Below are positions 46,701-54,700 of a stretch of DNA of 64,000 bases, in pieces. Source of the stretch: a virus. A model generated the notes under the pieces. The model ran no database searches. It was not told where the DNA came from and saw only the letters and a program-made list of their open reading frames with translations. The stretch covers positions 27,959-91,958 of IMG/VR virus record IMGVR_UViG_3300022562_001644; one strand, written 5' to 3'. Position 1 is the first letter of the stretch. Each line of letters starts with the position of its first letter. A program made the position numbers and the translations under genes.

Positions 46701-49700
46701 TGTTCAGGCTCGTCAGCTTCTTGATTGGATCGGCGAAAACCGGATTGGGTATTGGCTCTGGAAGCTCAATGTGTCCCCAGCGGTCTCCCATCCTGCCACC
46801 GAAGGTGAAGGTGTCCATGAGTCCACCCTTTTCCTCCTTTAGATTCTTTGCCCGAAGGAAGACGGGGTCTTTTACTTCGCCGTTGCTGAGCTTCTCGACC
46901 TCGCGATCCGTCATCGGGCCGAGAACCATCTTCGACCCTCTCTTCTGGACATTGACTCCAGCACCCTTCAGATAGGCCTCAAACTTGCGGTAAGCAAATG
47001 TGGGCTCAGGCTGAGGTTTCAGTAAGCCAGAACTTGCCCCAGCCGACAGCCAATCCCAGAACGGTTGATTCTGGGTTGCCTTGTAAGTGGCCATCTCCCT
47101 GAGATTTGCTCGAGAGCCGTGAGAGAGCATCGAGTAAAAGCTGATAAGGTCGAGGGCCTTGGACCCATCATCTCCACCGCGAAGAGGGGATCGGTTGATG
47201 TCGTATTTACCCTCTGAGCGAGCGGAGAACTGAGAGGTCGCCTGTTTTGACAGCTTCAGGATGTACTGGGGTCCAGTGAGAACCTCGCCGAGAGGTTCTT
47301 TAGAGTGGGGATCAAACAGTGTCTCCGTGTCACTAATACCAGCTTTCTTGAGATCGGCCTCAACCTTGCGAACGTAGTCCTCGCCCGAGAAGTTGTCGAC
47401 GACATAGGGCTTGCCCGTCTTCTCGGCAATTTTCGCTGCAGCAGTCTCAAGAATCTGAGAAGGATTTATACGGCTGACGATGCCGTGCGGATTGAGCAAG
47501 ATATCGACAGGCTTGCCGTCATTGGTGTACGGGGCTTCCCCGTCTGGAATAATCTTCGTGATGATTCCTTTTCCACCGTGTCTGTTGGTTAGCTTGTCGC
47601 CGATCTGGGCAGGCTCTCGAGTCTTGATGTAGACCTTAGCCTTCTTTCCAGAGCGGACAACATCGACAACTTCACCTTCGACGTCTCCCGTCCATGACTC
47701 TTGGAATCCCTTTCTTGAAGGGAAACTGGCCCCCAGCCTCTTCATGATTGTGTAGTCAGGGTCTTGCCGGTTCTCGCGAACGCCAACGAAAATAGGGTCG
47801 CCCTTTTTCAGGACAGTCCCCTTCTTCACAACGCCGTCATTGTCCAAGGTGGACTGTTGCTCGAGGGTGAGATCACCCTTCCAGGCCACGCGCTTTTTCA
47901 GAGACAGTTCGGTCGTGTTGTCTGCTTGGGCGCCATACTCATGCATGTGCTCGCTCGTTAGCTTTTGAGCCGCTGACTCAGTAATGACGATCCCGTCTTC
48001 GAAGTTATAACCTTTCCATGGAATGTAGGCCGCCTTGAGATTCGTTCCCAACGCAAGGGTTCCTCCATCCGTGAAATTGGAGTCGGCGATGACATCTCCA
48101 GCCGCAACCTTGTCACCGACGCTCACCCGCGGGCTTGCATGCAGGAATGACTTATGGTTAAGCGGCATATTGTTGTAGAGAGGCTGCTCTACTTCCCCAT
48201 CTTTCGTTTCTATGACGACCTTGCTTTTGGATACACTTTTGACGACGCCGTCGTCCTGGGCTCTCAATGAAAATCCAGAGCCAATCGTGTTCTCTATTGT
48301 CGTCTTTCCGATTTTGACCTGAACAAAAGGAGCTTCTCTGCCTGACAGCGGAATCGCCTGCTCTGACATCTTTGTGGCCATCTGAGCTCGCACACCCTGA
48401 GCCGATGGCAGAAACGGTATGGTATTTGTTGCAATCGAAAAAGCCTGTTTCGATGACCGGAGAACAGCATCAACTTCCCTCTGGTCAACCAGCTGATGCT
48501 CGCCATCAACAATAGCCTTGACCTTCTTGCCTTTGAACTTTCCATCTTGAAACTGATCAGGAAGGGCAACAACCATCTGCCTCATGTCACTGGGTGACAC
48601 AGCCCTGGTTGTTTTCTTTCGGACGTCGTAGACCTGGGTGAGGAGATCACCCCCCTTCTTCCTGGCCCCCAGTGGAAGATTCATGACAATGCCGATCTTC
48701 TCTGAGTCAGGCGTGTGAATCGGATCGATGTATCCAAGGTGAGATGGATGCACGGAGCGCTCCTCAGCCCTGACCATCATGGGGTCCTTGATTCCGCCCT
48801 CGCCCATGACAGTAATCTTCGACATACCGTTTAGCATGTGAAGTGGGTTTGTCTGATCGGGGGTATTCGACAGAGTCGACTGTGTGAAGAATGATGTCAG
48901 GGCAGGGGTGAACTGACTGGCACTAATCAGCTCATCAACACGCTTAGGTGGAGCTTTCTGGTTGTTCATCTTCCGATGAATCTTTTTTCGGAATTCATTG
49001 ATCTTCTGAGTCAACTCGCCGTTCGGCTTGAAAAACCGTTCGCGCATGACATCGGAGAGGGAAAGGACCTTCTTGTATTCAAGAGCCTGCCTGTCATCTG
49101 GCCCACGCTCACCGGCCACGGCTCGCAGAAGCTCCTTGCTGCCAACAAGGACGGCCTCGGGGGAGAGCTTACTGAACTCTTTGCCGATGGTGTTCTTAGT
49201 AACCTCTGGGCGCAACTCGTGCTCTTCGAAGTACTCACGGATCGCCTTCGCTGCATCGTCTGCTGACTCATACTTGGTTGAGGTGAAATGTTCAGCGGCC
49301 TTTAGAACGGATTGCTCAGCCTTCTTGGGTGAGACGGCTTTGTTGACTGCAAGGATCCTGTCGCCCCACGCCTTGGCAAGCTGACCATCTGTCATTCCCA
49401 TGCGAGAAAGAATCGGGTATAGCGGAACCCCGCTTGTATCGGCTGCTCCGCGCATAAGCCGAAATGTCTCACTCTTCGGGTCAAACCGAACATCGAATGC
49501 TCGACCGGCGATGTTGACCTCCGTCTTGAGGCTCCGGTTCTTCATCTCGGTGATGTAGATCCCAGGCTTCCTGCGAAGCTGGTTGTTCACCTGATAGTGT
49601 TTTCCATCGACAATGAAGCTGCCTAGGTCCGTGCTCTTAGGAAGGGTTGCGAGCTTAATCTTGCTGGATGACGAGATTACCTTTCCGCTATTCCGGTCTA

Positions 49701-49926
49701 CGAGCTCGACGGTTCCGTAGACTGGAACGCCCCAGGTCCTGTCCTTTCTCACAGCCTCTTTTTGAGACTGCCAATCCGATGTGTCTTTGTTGTCTTCGAC
49801 CCAAATATCTTTGGCTCGAAGTTGCAGCCCCGTGGCCGCGGCCTGCACATCCAGCGCCTTGGAGAAGGCTGTCTTCACATCCTTCTTCACTATTTCAAAC
49901 TGGTCTTGGTAGTCGAACGTTTCCAT
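43735..49926 (-). CDS. rpoBC: DNA-directed RNA polymerase, fused beta-beta' single chain
   Basis: beta motifs GYNFED, GDKLTNRHGGKG, NPHGIVSRIN; beta' motifs NRAPSLH, NADFDGD (45763-45783), CSKCYG, EPLTQMTMRTFH; all in one 2063-aa ORF. Confidence 0.95.
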   Translation of the reverse strand: METFDYQDQFEIVKKDVKTAFSKALDVQAAATGLQLRAKDIWVEDNKDTSDWQSQKEAVRKDRTWGVPVYGTVELVDRNSGKVISSSSKIKLATLPKSTDLGSFIVDGKHYQVNNQLRRKPGIYITEMKNRSLKTEVNIAGRAFDVRFDPKSETFRLMRGAADTSGVPLYPILSRMGMTDGQLAKAWGDRILAVNKAVSPKKAEQSVLKAAEHFTSTKYESADDAAKAIREYFEEHELRPEVTKNTIGKEFSKLSPEAVLVGSKELLRAVAGERGPDDRQALEYKKVLSLSDVMRERFFKPNGELTQKINEFRKKIHRKMNNQKAPPKRVDELISASQFTPALTSFFTQSTLSNTPDQTNPLHMLNGMSKITVMGEGGIKDPMMVRAEERSVHPSHLGYIDPIHTPDSEKIGIVMNLPLGARKKGGDLLTQVYDVRKKTTRAVSPSDMRQMVVALPDQFQDGKFKGKKVKAIVDGEHQLVDQREVDAVLRSSKQAFSIATNTIPFLPSAQGVRAQMATKMSEQAIPLSGREAPFVQVKIGKTTIENTIGSGFSLRAQDDGVVKSVSKSKVVIETKDGEVEQPLYNNMPLNHKSFLHASPRVSVGDKVAAGDVIADSNFTDGGTLALGTNLKAAYIPWKGYNFEDGIVITESAAQKLTSEHMHEYGAQADNTTELSLKKRVAWKGDLTLEQQSTLDNDGVVKKGTVLKKGDPIFVGVRENRQDPDYTIMKRLGASFPSRKGFQESWTGDVEGEVVDVVRSGKKAKVYIKTREPAQIGDKLTNRHGGKGIITKIIPDGEAPYTNDGKPVDILLNPHGIVSRINPSQILETAAAKIAEKTGKPYVVDNFSGEDYVRKVEADLKKAGISDTETLFDPHSKEPLGEVLTGPQYILKLSKQATSQFSARSEGKYDINRSPLRGGDDGSKALDLISFYSMLSHGSRANLREMATYKATQNQPFWDWLSAGASSGLLKPQPEPTFAYRKFEAYLKGAGVNVQKRGSKMVLGPMTDREVEKLSNGEVKDPVFLRAKNLKEEKGGLMDTFTFGGRMGDRWGHIELPEPIPNPVFADPIKKLTSLNNQQYMGLVRGELFVDPNTGEFADQGVTGGNAFKVILGNIDVDDQIKQWTEKAKTAKSESKLDEANKKLKYLSALKKLKVRPEEAYLQTKIPVLPPIFRPIAELEDGKLSNPGINTLYRDVGLISNELKWQNETPFIDDEIKADLRQKLYEGVQAVAGLGKPIAFYPEARRPKGIVEQLKGPKAKEGFFQYKVLRRQQNLVGRGTIIPEPKLGVDEVGLPEEMSWSLFEPFVIRRLTSQSGMNPVQASDEVKNRTPIARSMLEAEMSERPVMLNRAPSLHKFSIMAFKPRLTDGKAVKIPPLVVKGFNADFDGDAMTIHVPVLTDAVREAEKMLPSNNLYNPGTGQIMIQPQNEAALGLYLLSKDPEGQKKIMKELPPEAQKKWGGKTLDKNGLAGLMKDIAEELPRDHGKVVDKLKEMGDEHTYRTGFTVGIKDLLPNIPGKDRIFSETEARIGKLNLKTPKGREMATEIVARANEELDKAVEKGLDQQPNNFRLMVQSGARGNMNQLKQIVSAPFMVDDHKGNPIPVPVTKSFAEGLPFSDYWSTLYGARAAAVDKQLQTANPGAFNKNIMATSITEVISDVDCGTENGLDIKLKDSKGAFRPQDIEDRFLAKDIKVGSTVLARAGDPITSSLMNTLRDRRVDSVKVRSPLTCSKPKGLCSKCYGLNEYGQSPSIGDNVGAVSGQALSEPLTQMTMRTFHQGGISGTRGVVTGYDKIDKLFTMHKIERGKATLAEKSGKIEKVEDKKGGKDVYIGGKPHFVEGDMWDSAKARVGASVNKGDILSKGLVQPKELVKLKGMLEAQDYVSGQIQEAYEGQGVPIRRRAVETVMRAVGNTTKVIDPGDSEFLPGDIAPWTVVQDFNNRSLGKMPLSEALGHKLLEDVAGAKKGDVIDDRVKTILERSGKSSVEVGPKPIEDAPFLAGIERVPMLREDWMSQMGYREIKDALIQGATKMQESDIHGYAPIPAFAYGAEFGVEPIGKKGEGVY

Positions 49927-49945
49927 GCGTCACGAGCTCTTTTCT

Positions 49946-49963
49946 GGCACAAGGTTTTTGAAC
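49946..49963 (+). promoter_or_regulatory. putative phage-RNAP promoter
   Basis: GGCACAAG-GTTTT-TGAAC. Confidence 0.6.
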
Positions 49964-50072
49964 GAGGAAGCCCACGCCCGCAAAGGAGATTATCACCTGG
50001 GAAAACCCAACAATAACGTCTTTGTAATAGCTTCTATCCAAGAAAGCGAAAAAGCACTAGAGGAGGACCTGA

Positions 50073-50375
50073 ATGGTCGCAGCAATCGGCGCAGTGATCG
50101 CCGCAAACGAGTACATCGAGCAGGAGATGGCAATCTCCAGAGCTCAAGAAAATAAAGAGGCAGAAGACTCGCCTCGCACAAGGAGAATCCGCCACAGCCT
50201 TATTTCGGACGCGCTCGAGCTCGGCGTCCGAATGGCAGCCCTGTCGTTCGTGGTCTTCAGCGGACTTACCATTGGACTCAAGATGTTTGGCCTAGCCGCC
50301 AGCGCCATGGGATTTCTGGCCACGAAGGTCTTGGCCATCGATGCTGGGGCGATGCCACAGGGAGCGCCTTCGTAA
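50073..50375 (+). CDS. small membrane protein
   Basis: GAGGAGG SD; hydrophobic C-terminal half. Confidence 0.7.
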   Translation: MVAAIGAVIAANEYIEQEMAISRAQENKEAEDSPRTRRIRHSLISDALELGVRMAALSFVVFSGLTIGLKMFGLAASAMGFLATKVLAIDAGAMPQGAPS

Positions 50376-50403
50376 AGAAAAATCAACAAGGAGAAGCTAC
50401 CCA

Positions 50404-50874
50404 ATGGTGGGAGCAGTAATAGGCGCACTCGCCTACTTTGATGAAGTAGAGCCAGAGTTGTTCGCTGTACCAGACCGTCCAAAACAGCAGGGGCCGCGAA
50501 TGGTTGACCTGAGAAGGCTTGCGGGATCCGTTGTTCCCGCCCACGGCCTGATCATCAATAGCCGTGGAATATCAGCCGGAGGGTTTGGCGGTCGAGTGTT
50601 TATGTGGATGAGGAAGCTGTTGGGTGCAGTTTCCGTAGCAGGCATGATCGCCCTAGGTCTGTTTGTCTACACAGAGTTCACCCACGCCTGGCAAAAGAGG
50701 GGGTTGCCTACAATACCAATCTCGGCCCTGTCTGCGCTCGACGAAGCAGCGCAACAGGGCAGGTCGTCAGGTTCAGCCACGACCACTGGTCGGGGCGATG
50801 TGTACCAGCCAGGAGTAAGGCGCGAGTCTGGGGCTCAGAGAAACCTGAGTCTCCTTAATGACTACATTGGTTAG
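50404..50874 (+). CDS. membrane protein
   Basis: AAGGAG upstream of ATG 50404; one TM helix. Confidence 0.65.
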   Translation: MVGAVIGALAYFDEVEPELFAVPDRPKQQGPRMVDLRRLAGSVVPAHGLIINSRGISAGGFGGRVFMWMRKLLGAVSVAGMIALGLFVYTEFTHAWQKRGLPTIPISALSALDEAAQQGRSSGSATTTGRGDVYQPGVRRESGAQRNLSLLNDYIG

Positions 50875-51311
50875 TCAATCAGCTCGCTAACCAGGAATCC
50901 TGCTAGCACAGATGTCGAGACAGCGGCTGCGGTCCAGGCCAGGGGAGATCCCCACCTGGGCCGTACCCGCTCGTCTTGGTATTTTTTATCCAAGGCAATC
51001 AGGTCGGTTCGCAACTTGTCGTTGCTTGCAATGAGTAGATCGTTGCTGGCCGAAATGGCTTCCGCCTGCCTGAGCAGGTCTTTTTTTTGCTCTTCAAGCA
51101 GCGTGACTTTTTGGTCTTGGAGCTTGAGCTGGACGCGGGCAGATACGAGCTCGGCATCGACCTTTAGAACAAGCTTCCACTCGCCAAGCGTGTAGCCGCA
51201 AAAATCTCCGGCCAGCTTGCACTTAGGAACAATCTTGGGCTCGTAGCCGTCAGCGAACGCCGGCGTCCCGCCAAGAACGAATGCTATCGATAGCACGCAA
51301 ATCAGCCTCAT
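50871..51311 (-). CDS. spanin-like exported coiled-coil protein (putative)
   Basis: Signal peptide ending AFA, coiled coil, C-terminal TM; overlaps the upstream gene by 62 nt. Confidence 0.5.
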   Translation of the reverse strand: MRLICVLSIAFVLGGTPAFADGYEPKIVPKCKLAGDFCGYTLGEWKLVLKVDAELVSARVQLKLQDQKVTLLEEQKKDLLRQAEAISASNDLLIASNDKLRTDLIALDKKYQDERVRPRWGSPLAWTAAAVSTSVLAGFLVSELID

Positions 51312-51693
51312 AGCGCTTCTCCTCTGCCCTCATGTCGGCCTCGAGGACACGGATCTCATTCTCTGCCTTGTCGATCCGCTTCGCCGCCTCAAGCACCACC
51401 ACCAGGTTCTTGCTGAGCTTCTTGTCAAGCTCAGCCTTCTCCTTGAAGATCTTTGCCTTATTCTTCTCGTGACGAAGCTTGGCCAGTTCTTTGTTCCTGC
51501 GCCAAGAAATCCACGACCAAACGGCCGTGCCGATAAGCACGACCGCAATGATCACGACCACGCCGACCCAAGACTTACCGCCCCCCGACTTCTTCTTGTT
51601 GTCGTTGACGATTCCCTTGAGCTGGTCGAGGAGACGGTGGGGGTCGAAGGGTGGTTTCTTTAGCTCCTTCGACCCTTGTTTCTCGTCAGCCAT
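51250..51693 (-). CDS. i-spanin-like protein (putative)
   Basis: Single TM followed by a long coiled coil. Confidence 0.5.
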   Translation of the reverse strand: MADEKQGSKELKKPPFDPHRLLDQLKGIVNDNKKKSGGGKSWVGVVVIIAVVLIGTAVWSWISWRRNKELAKLRHEKNKAKIFKEKAELDKKLSKNLVVVLEAAKRIDKAENEIRVLEADMRAEEKRYEADLRAIDSIRSWRDAGVR

Positions 51694-52374
51694 CTAGGGG
51701 TTCAGCGGAAGCGAGTCGTCCACGTCTAGGCGGCGTGAGAAAAGATGAGCCTCGATAAGGCCCTCGAGCTTCTCTCGTCCAATATCTGGTAGACCCGAGG
51801 CCTTACCAATATCCAATGCCCAGTTCGCTGCAACCTCGAGGATTTCAGGACCCGGAATCTTCTTGTCATCGGTCATGTCACGCATCTTGTTGCGAGCCCA
51901 TTCACCGCCACGCTGTGCAGCCTTGCCAGCCAGCTTCGACCAGGCGTCGAGCTGCTTATCGCCCACGTCGATCTTGTACTTCTTCCTAACCCAAGTAAGC
52001 AGAAGTCCCACAAGGCCCGTGACCAAAGCCCCGAATGCTGGAACGAGAATGGCCATGAGCTCGTCGCTGAGTCGCTGGAGGGCAGTGCCTGCAGCAGGTG
52101 AGGAATCGTCAGCTTTTGGTTCGGGGGCTGCCTCGGGATCCGGATCGGGCTCTGGTTCTGGCGCTGGCGCTGCCGAGGGCTCTGGAGTTGGAGCCGGCGC
52201 GGGATCCACTGCCTCAACAGCATCGACGCCAGCATCGCTTTGCGCGAACGCGACGAACGGAACGGCTGCGAGGCCGAGGCTGAATACGAGTACGAGTACG
52301 CTAGCCAGCCGAGCGTTCACTCGACCAGTCTTTTTGTGCTTCAAAAATTTCATCTTTGTTGTCTCCCTTGGCAC
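51694..52374 (-). CDS. holin-like membrane protein (putative)
   Basis: Signal/TM segment, Pro-rich linker, second TM, then a helical domain ending LEGLIEA; start uncertain. Confidence 0.45.
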   Translation of the reverse strand: MPRETTKMKFLKHKKTGRVNARLASVLVLVFSLGLAAVPFVAFAQSDAGVDAVEAVDPAPAPTPEPSAAPAPEPEPDPDPEAAPEPKADDSSPAAGTALQRLSDELMAILVPAFGALVTGLVGLLLTWVRKKYKIDVGDKQLDAWSKLAGKAAQRGGEWARNKMRDMTDDKKIPGPEILEVAANWALDIGKASGLPDIGREKLEGLIEAHLFSRRLDVDDSLPLNP

Positions 52375-52648
52375 GCTTAGGCGCCTTTTCCCAGTATTGG
52401 ACCACGAGAATAACTTCCTCGGAAGTCGTCACGACTAGGTCCTGCCCTGTACCTTCGCGAACAGTATTCTTTCGTTCGTACTCGCGCATCATCTCAATCT
52501 TGATGCCTGAGGAAGCGTCATTTGCTCGATTGCGAAGATCTGCATATCGCTCAAGGTCCGCATCTTCGAACATCGAAAATTTCTCGATGCGAAAATTACC
52601 TAGATTGCTGTTACTGCTACCGAATTTTACCTCGGTGACCTTAGCCAT
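52301..52648 (-). CDS. hypothetical protein
   Basis: TGATG-coupled to the portal gene. Confidence 0.65.
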   Translation of the reverse strand: MAKVTEVKFGSSNSNLGNFRIEKFSMFEDADLERYADLRNRANDASSGIKIEMMREYERKNTVREGTGQDLVVTTSEEVILVVQYWEKAPKRAKGDNKDEIFEAQKDWSSERSAG

Positions 52649-54696
52649 CAGATGCTTCCATCCTCGCGCCGCGGGGGCGCAACCTGCGGGTTCGGACGCA
52701 TCTTGTCTGCTGCGTCTGCAGCTGTGCCGCCCGGACCCATCTGTGTGAGTAGCTGCTCAACCAGGCGAGCCATGTTCGGCATTCTCTGGCGGAGCTCAGC
52801 GAGAACCTGATCCCTTTGAGCCTGCGGCATCTGAGCCAGCCGATTAGCCCACTGCTTGGCGATCTTGGAGGCATCCATTTCAACTACTTGGCCCCCACCA
52901 CCGGCAGACTGGCCTGTTGCCCCCACTTCCTGAGCCTGGACCTGCGCCGCTTGCCCCTGCGCCGCTTGAGCGGCCATCTGCTGGTCCTCGGCGAGCTCAG
53001 CCGACGTTGCCGGCGACGCCCCTTCCTGGGGCTGCTGTTGGCCGCCTTGGCCCTCCTGGGGAGGCTGGCCCTGCTGGGGCGCCTGCTGGGGCTGGCCTCC
53101 CTCCTGCGCAGCCTGCTGCGCCGAGGCCTGATCCTGCCCCTGGCCCTCAAGTCCAGGCTGCCCTCCGGACATAGCGCCCTGCGCCTCCTGGAAGGCCTCT
53201 TGCGCCCTGGCCTGGTACTTGGCCGACAGGATCTGTGCCTCGCCCTGCGCCTCCGTCTGGGCTTTCTGGACCAGCGCCTGAATTCGATTCCGCTGTTCGG
53301 TCTCTTTCTCGATCATCTTGAGTTCATCGTCGTAGTCGAACCCGAGCTCGGTAAGCATCGTGTGATCGGAGATCTTGTTGGCCGCGTTCAGCTGGATGAC
53401 GATCTGCTTTCGCTGAATATCGTCGGCCATCTTGAACTCGGTGAAGCCGATGTCCACATCGGGAAGACCGAGGTACAGCTGGATGCGGTTCTTCGCCCAG
53501 TTAACGAACCGGAGAAGAAGCCGCCGATACATGAGGAAGTGGTTCTCCAGGGTCCTGAGGCTGACGCTGGAGCCAGACCAAGAAAGGCCGCCGAAGACGA
53601 ATTCAATGGGTACGCCCATGCCACCCGTGATCTCCTTGTTCGTGACTTCGATTTCTGGGCCAAGAAGAAGAGCTCGGCCGTCGCCACCCAGCCTCTCGAA
53701 TCCCAAGGGCACCGACACGACCGAGATGTAGTTGGGGTCGATACGCCATTTGCGGATCTCCGACTGCACCGTGCCTTGCCAGCTGGACAGGTTGACGTGC
53801 TGGTAGGGGTCTTGCTGTGCGTTTGCCTGCGGGAAGATGAACTCAAGCGGCATAATGCGCTGGAGAGCGATCGCCTCCTGGGCTCGCCGAAGAACGTAGA
53901 GGTAGAACATGCGGCCCATCGAGTGAATGATGAGCGGCTTGCCCCAGCCCATGTCCTGCTCTGCGAGCGTTGGCCTCTTGAAGTGGAAGAGGTTTTGGTC
54001 GGAGAGCGCAATGTCACGACGCTTTTTGAGCGCCATGAGAAACACTTCGGGGATGTCGACCAAGACCTCACGAACGCCACCCTGTATCGCCTTGCGAATT
54101 TTGTTTGGAATCTTGTAGCGGTACTTCGACTTGCCGGTAATCGGGTTGTAGTGAATGTCGATATTTTTGGGATCCCATCGAACAAAGTTAATCCCCGTTT
54201 GGTCCCTGATGGGCCTGTCGACGATTTTCCCAACGACCTGTTCTGTGCAGCTTGGGCACTGGAGGTGAAATTCGAAGTTGGTGAACTTGTACTTCAGTCG
54301 CTCGTCCGCCAGCTTGTGAAGCGAATCGCACTTTGGGCAGCGAATCCATCGGACGAATGGAAGGTTAATACTGACAAAAGCATTGCCGTAACAGAAATAG
54401 TCGAGGCCGATCTCAATGAGGAACGGCTTCAGGTTCAGCGTGTCCTCGAGGACGTTCTTCCATCCTTCGCGGACGTGCTTCTCTTCGGCGTTGTAGATGA
54501 AGTTCGTGACTGGATACTCGGCGATCTTTGTGACCACCGAACCAATCATCGGGTCCTTGTAGAAGAAGTACTGACACCACCGAAACAGTTCCTTGACTGT
54601 CGGCGGCATGTACGTCTGCGCGATATCGAAGAAGGGGGACGGATAAACCGTTCCCCTCCGTCGATCACGGGCAGTCGTTATGCTTCCTCCGGCCAT
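52648..54696 (-). CDS. portal protein (putative)
   Basis: GLDYFCYGNAFV, FVRWDPKNI, GWGKPLI, GMGVPIEFVFGG; 682 aa with a Q-rich tail. Confidence 0.8.
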   Translation of the reverse strand: MAGGSITTARDRRRGTVYPSPFFDIAQTYMPPTVKELFRWCQYFFYKDPMIGSVVTKIAEYPVTNFIYNAEEKHVREGWKNVLEDTLNLKPFLIEIGLDYFCYGNAFVSINLPFVRWIRCPKCDSLHKLADERLKYKFTNFEFHLQCPSCTEQVVGKIVDRPIRDQTGINFVRWDPKNIDIHYNPITGKSKYRYKIPNKIRKAIQGGVREVLVDIPEVFLMALKKRRDIALSDQNLFHFKRPTLAEQDMGWGKPLIIHSMGRMFYLYVLRRAQEAIALQRIMPLEFIFPQANAQQDPYQHVNLSSWQGTVQSEIRKWRIDPNYISVVSVPLGFERLGGDGRALLLGPEIEVTNKEITGGMGVPIEFVFGGLSWSGSSVSLRTLENHFLMYRRLLLRFVNWAKNRIQLYLGLPDVDIGFTEFKMADDIQRKQIVIQLNAANKISDHTMLTELGFDYDDELKMIEKETEQRNRIQALVQKAQTEAQGEAQILSAKYQARAQEAFQEAQGAMSGGQPGLEGQGQDQASAQQAAQEGGQPQQAPQQGQPPQEGQGGQQQPQEGASPATSAELAEDQQMAAQAAQGQAAQVQAQEVGATGQSAGGGGQVVEMDASKIAKQWANRLAQMPQAQRDQVLAELRQRMPNMARLVEQLLTQMGPGGTAADAADKMRPNPQVAPPRREDGSI

Positions 54697-54700
54697 CTAT

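Noticed and set aside
43735-49926. Host chromosomal rpoB/rpoC locus or chimeric assembly
   Set aside because: No ribosomal-protein neighbours, highly divergent and shortened, and coupled to a phage-type gene.
49925-50155. 76-aa + strand ORF
   Set aside because: Starts upstream of the promoter motif, overlaps the RNAP start codon and gene 50073, and has no SD.
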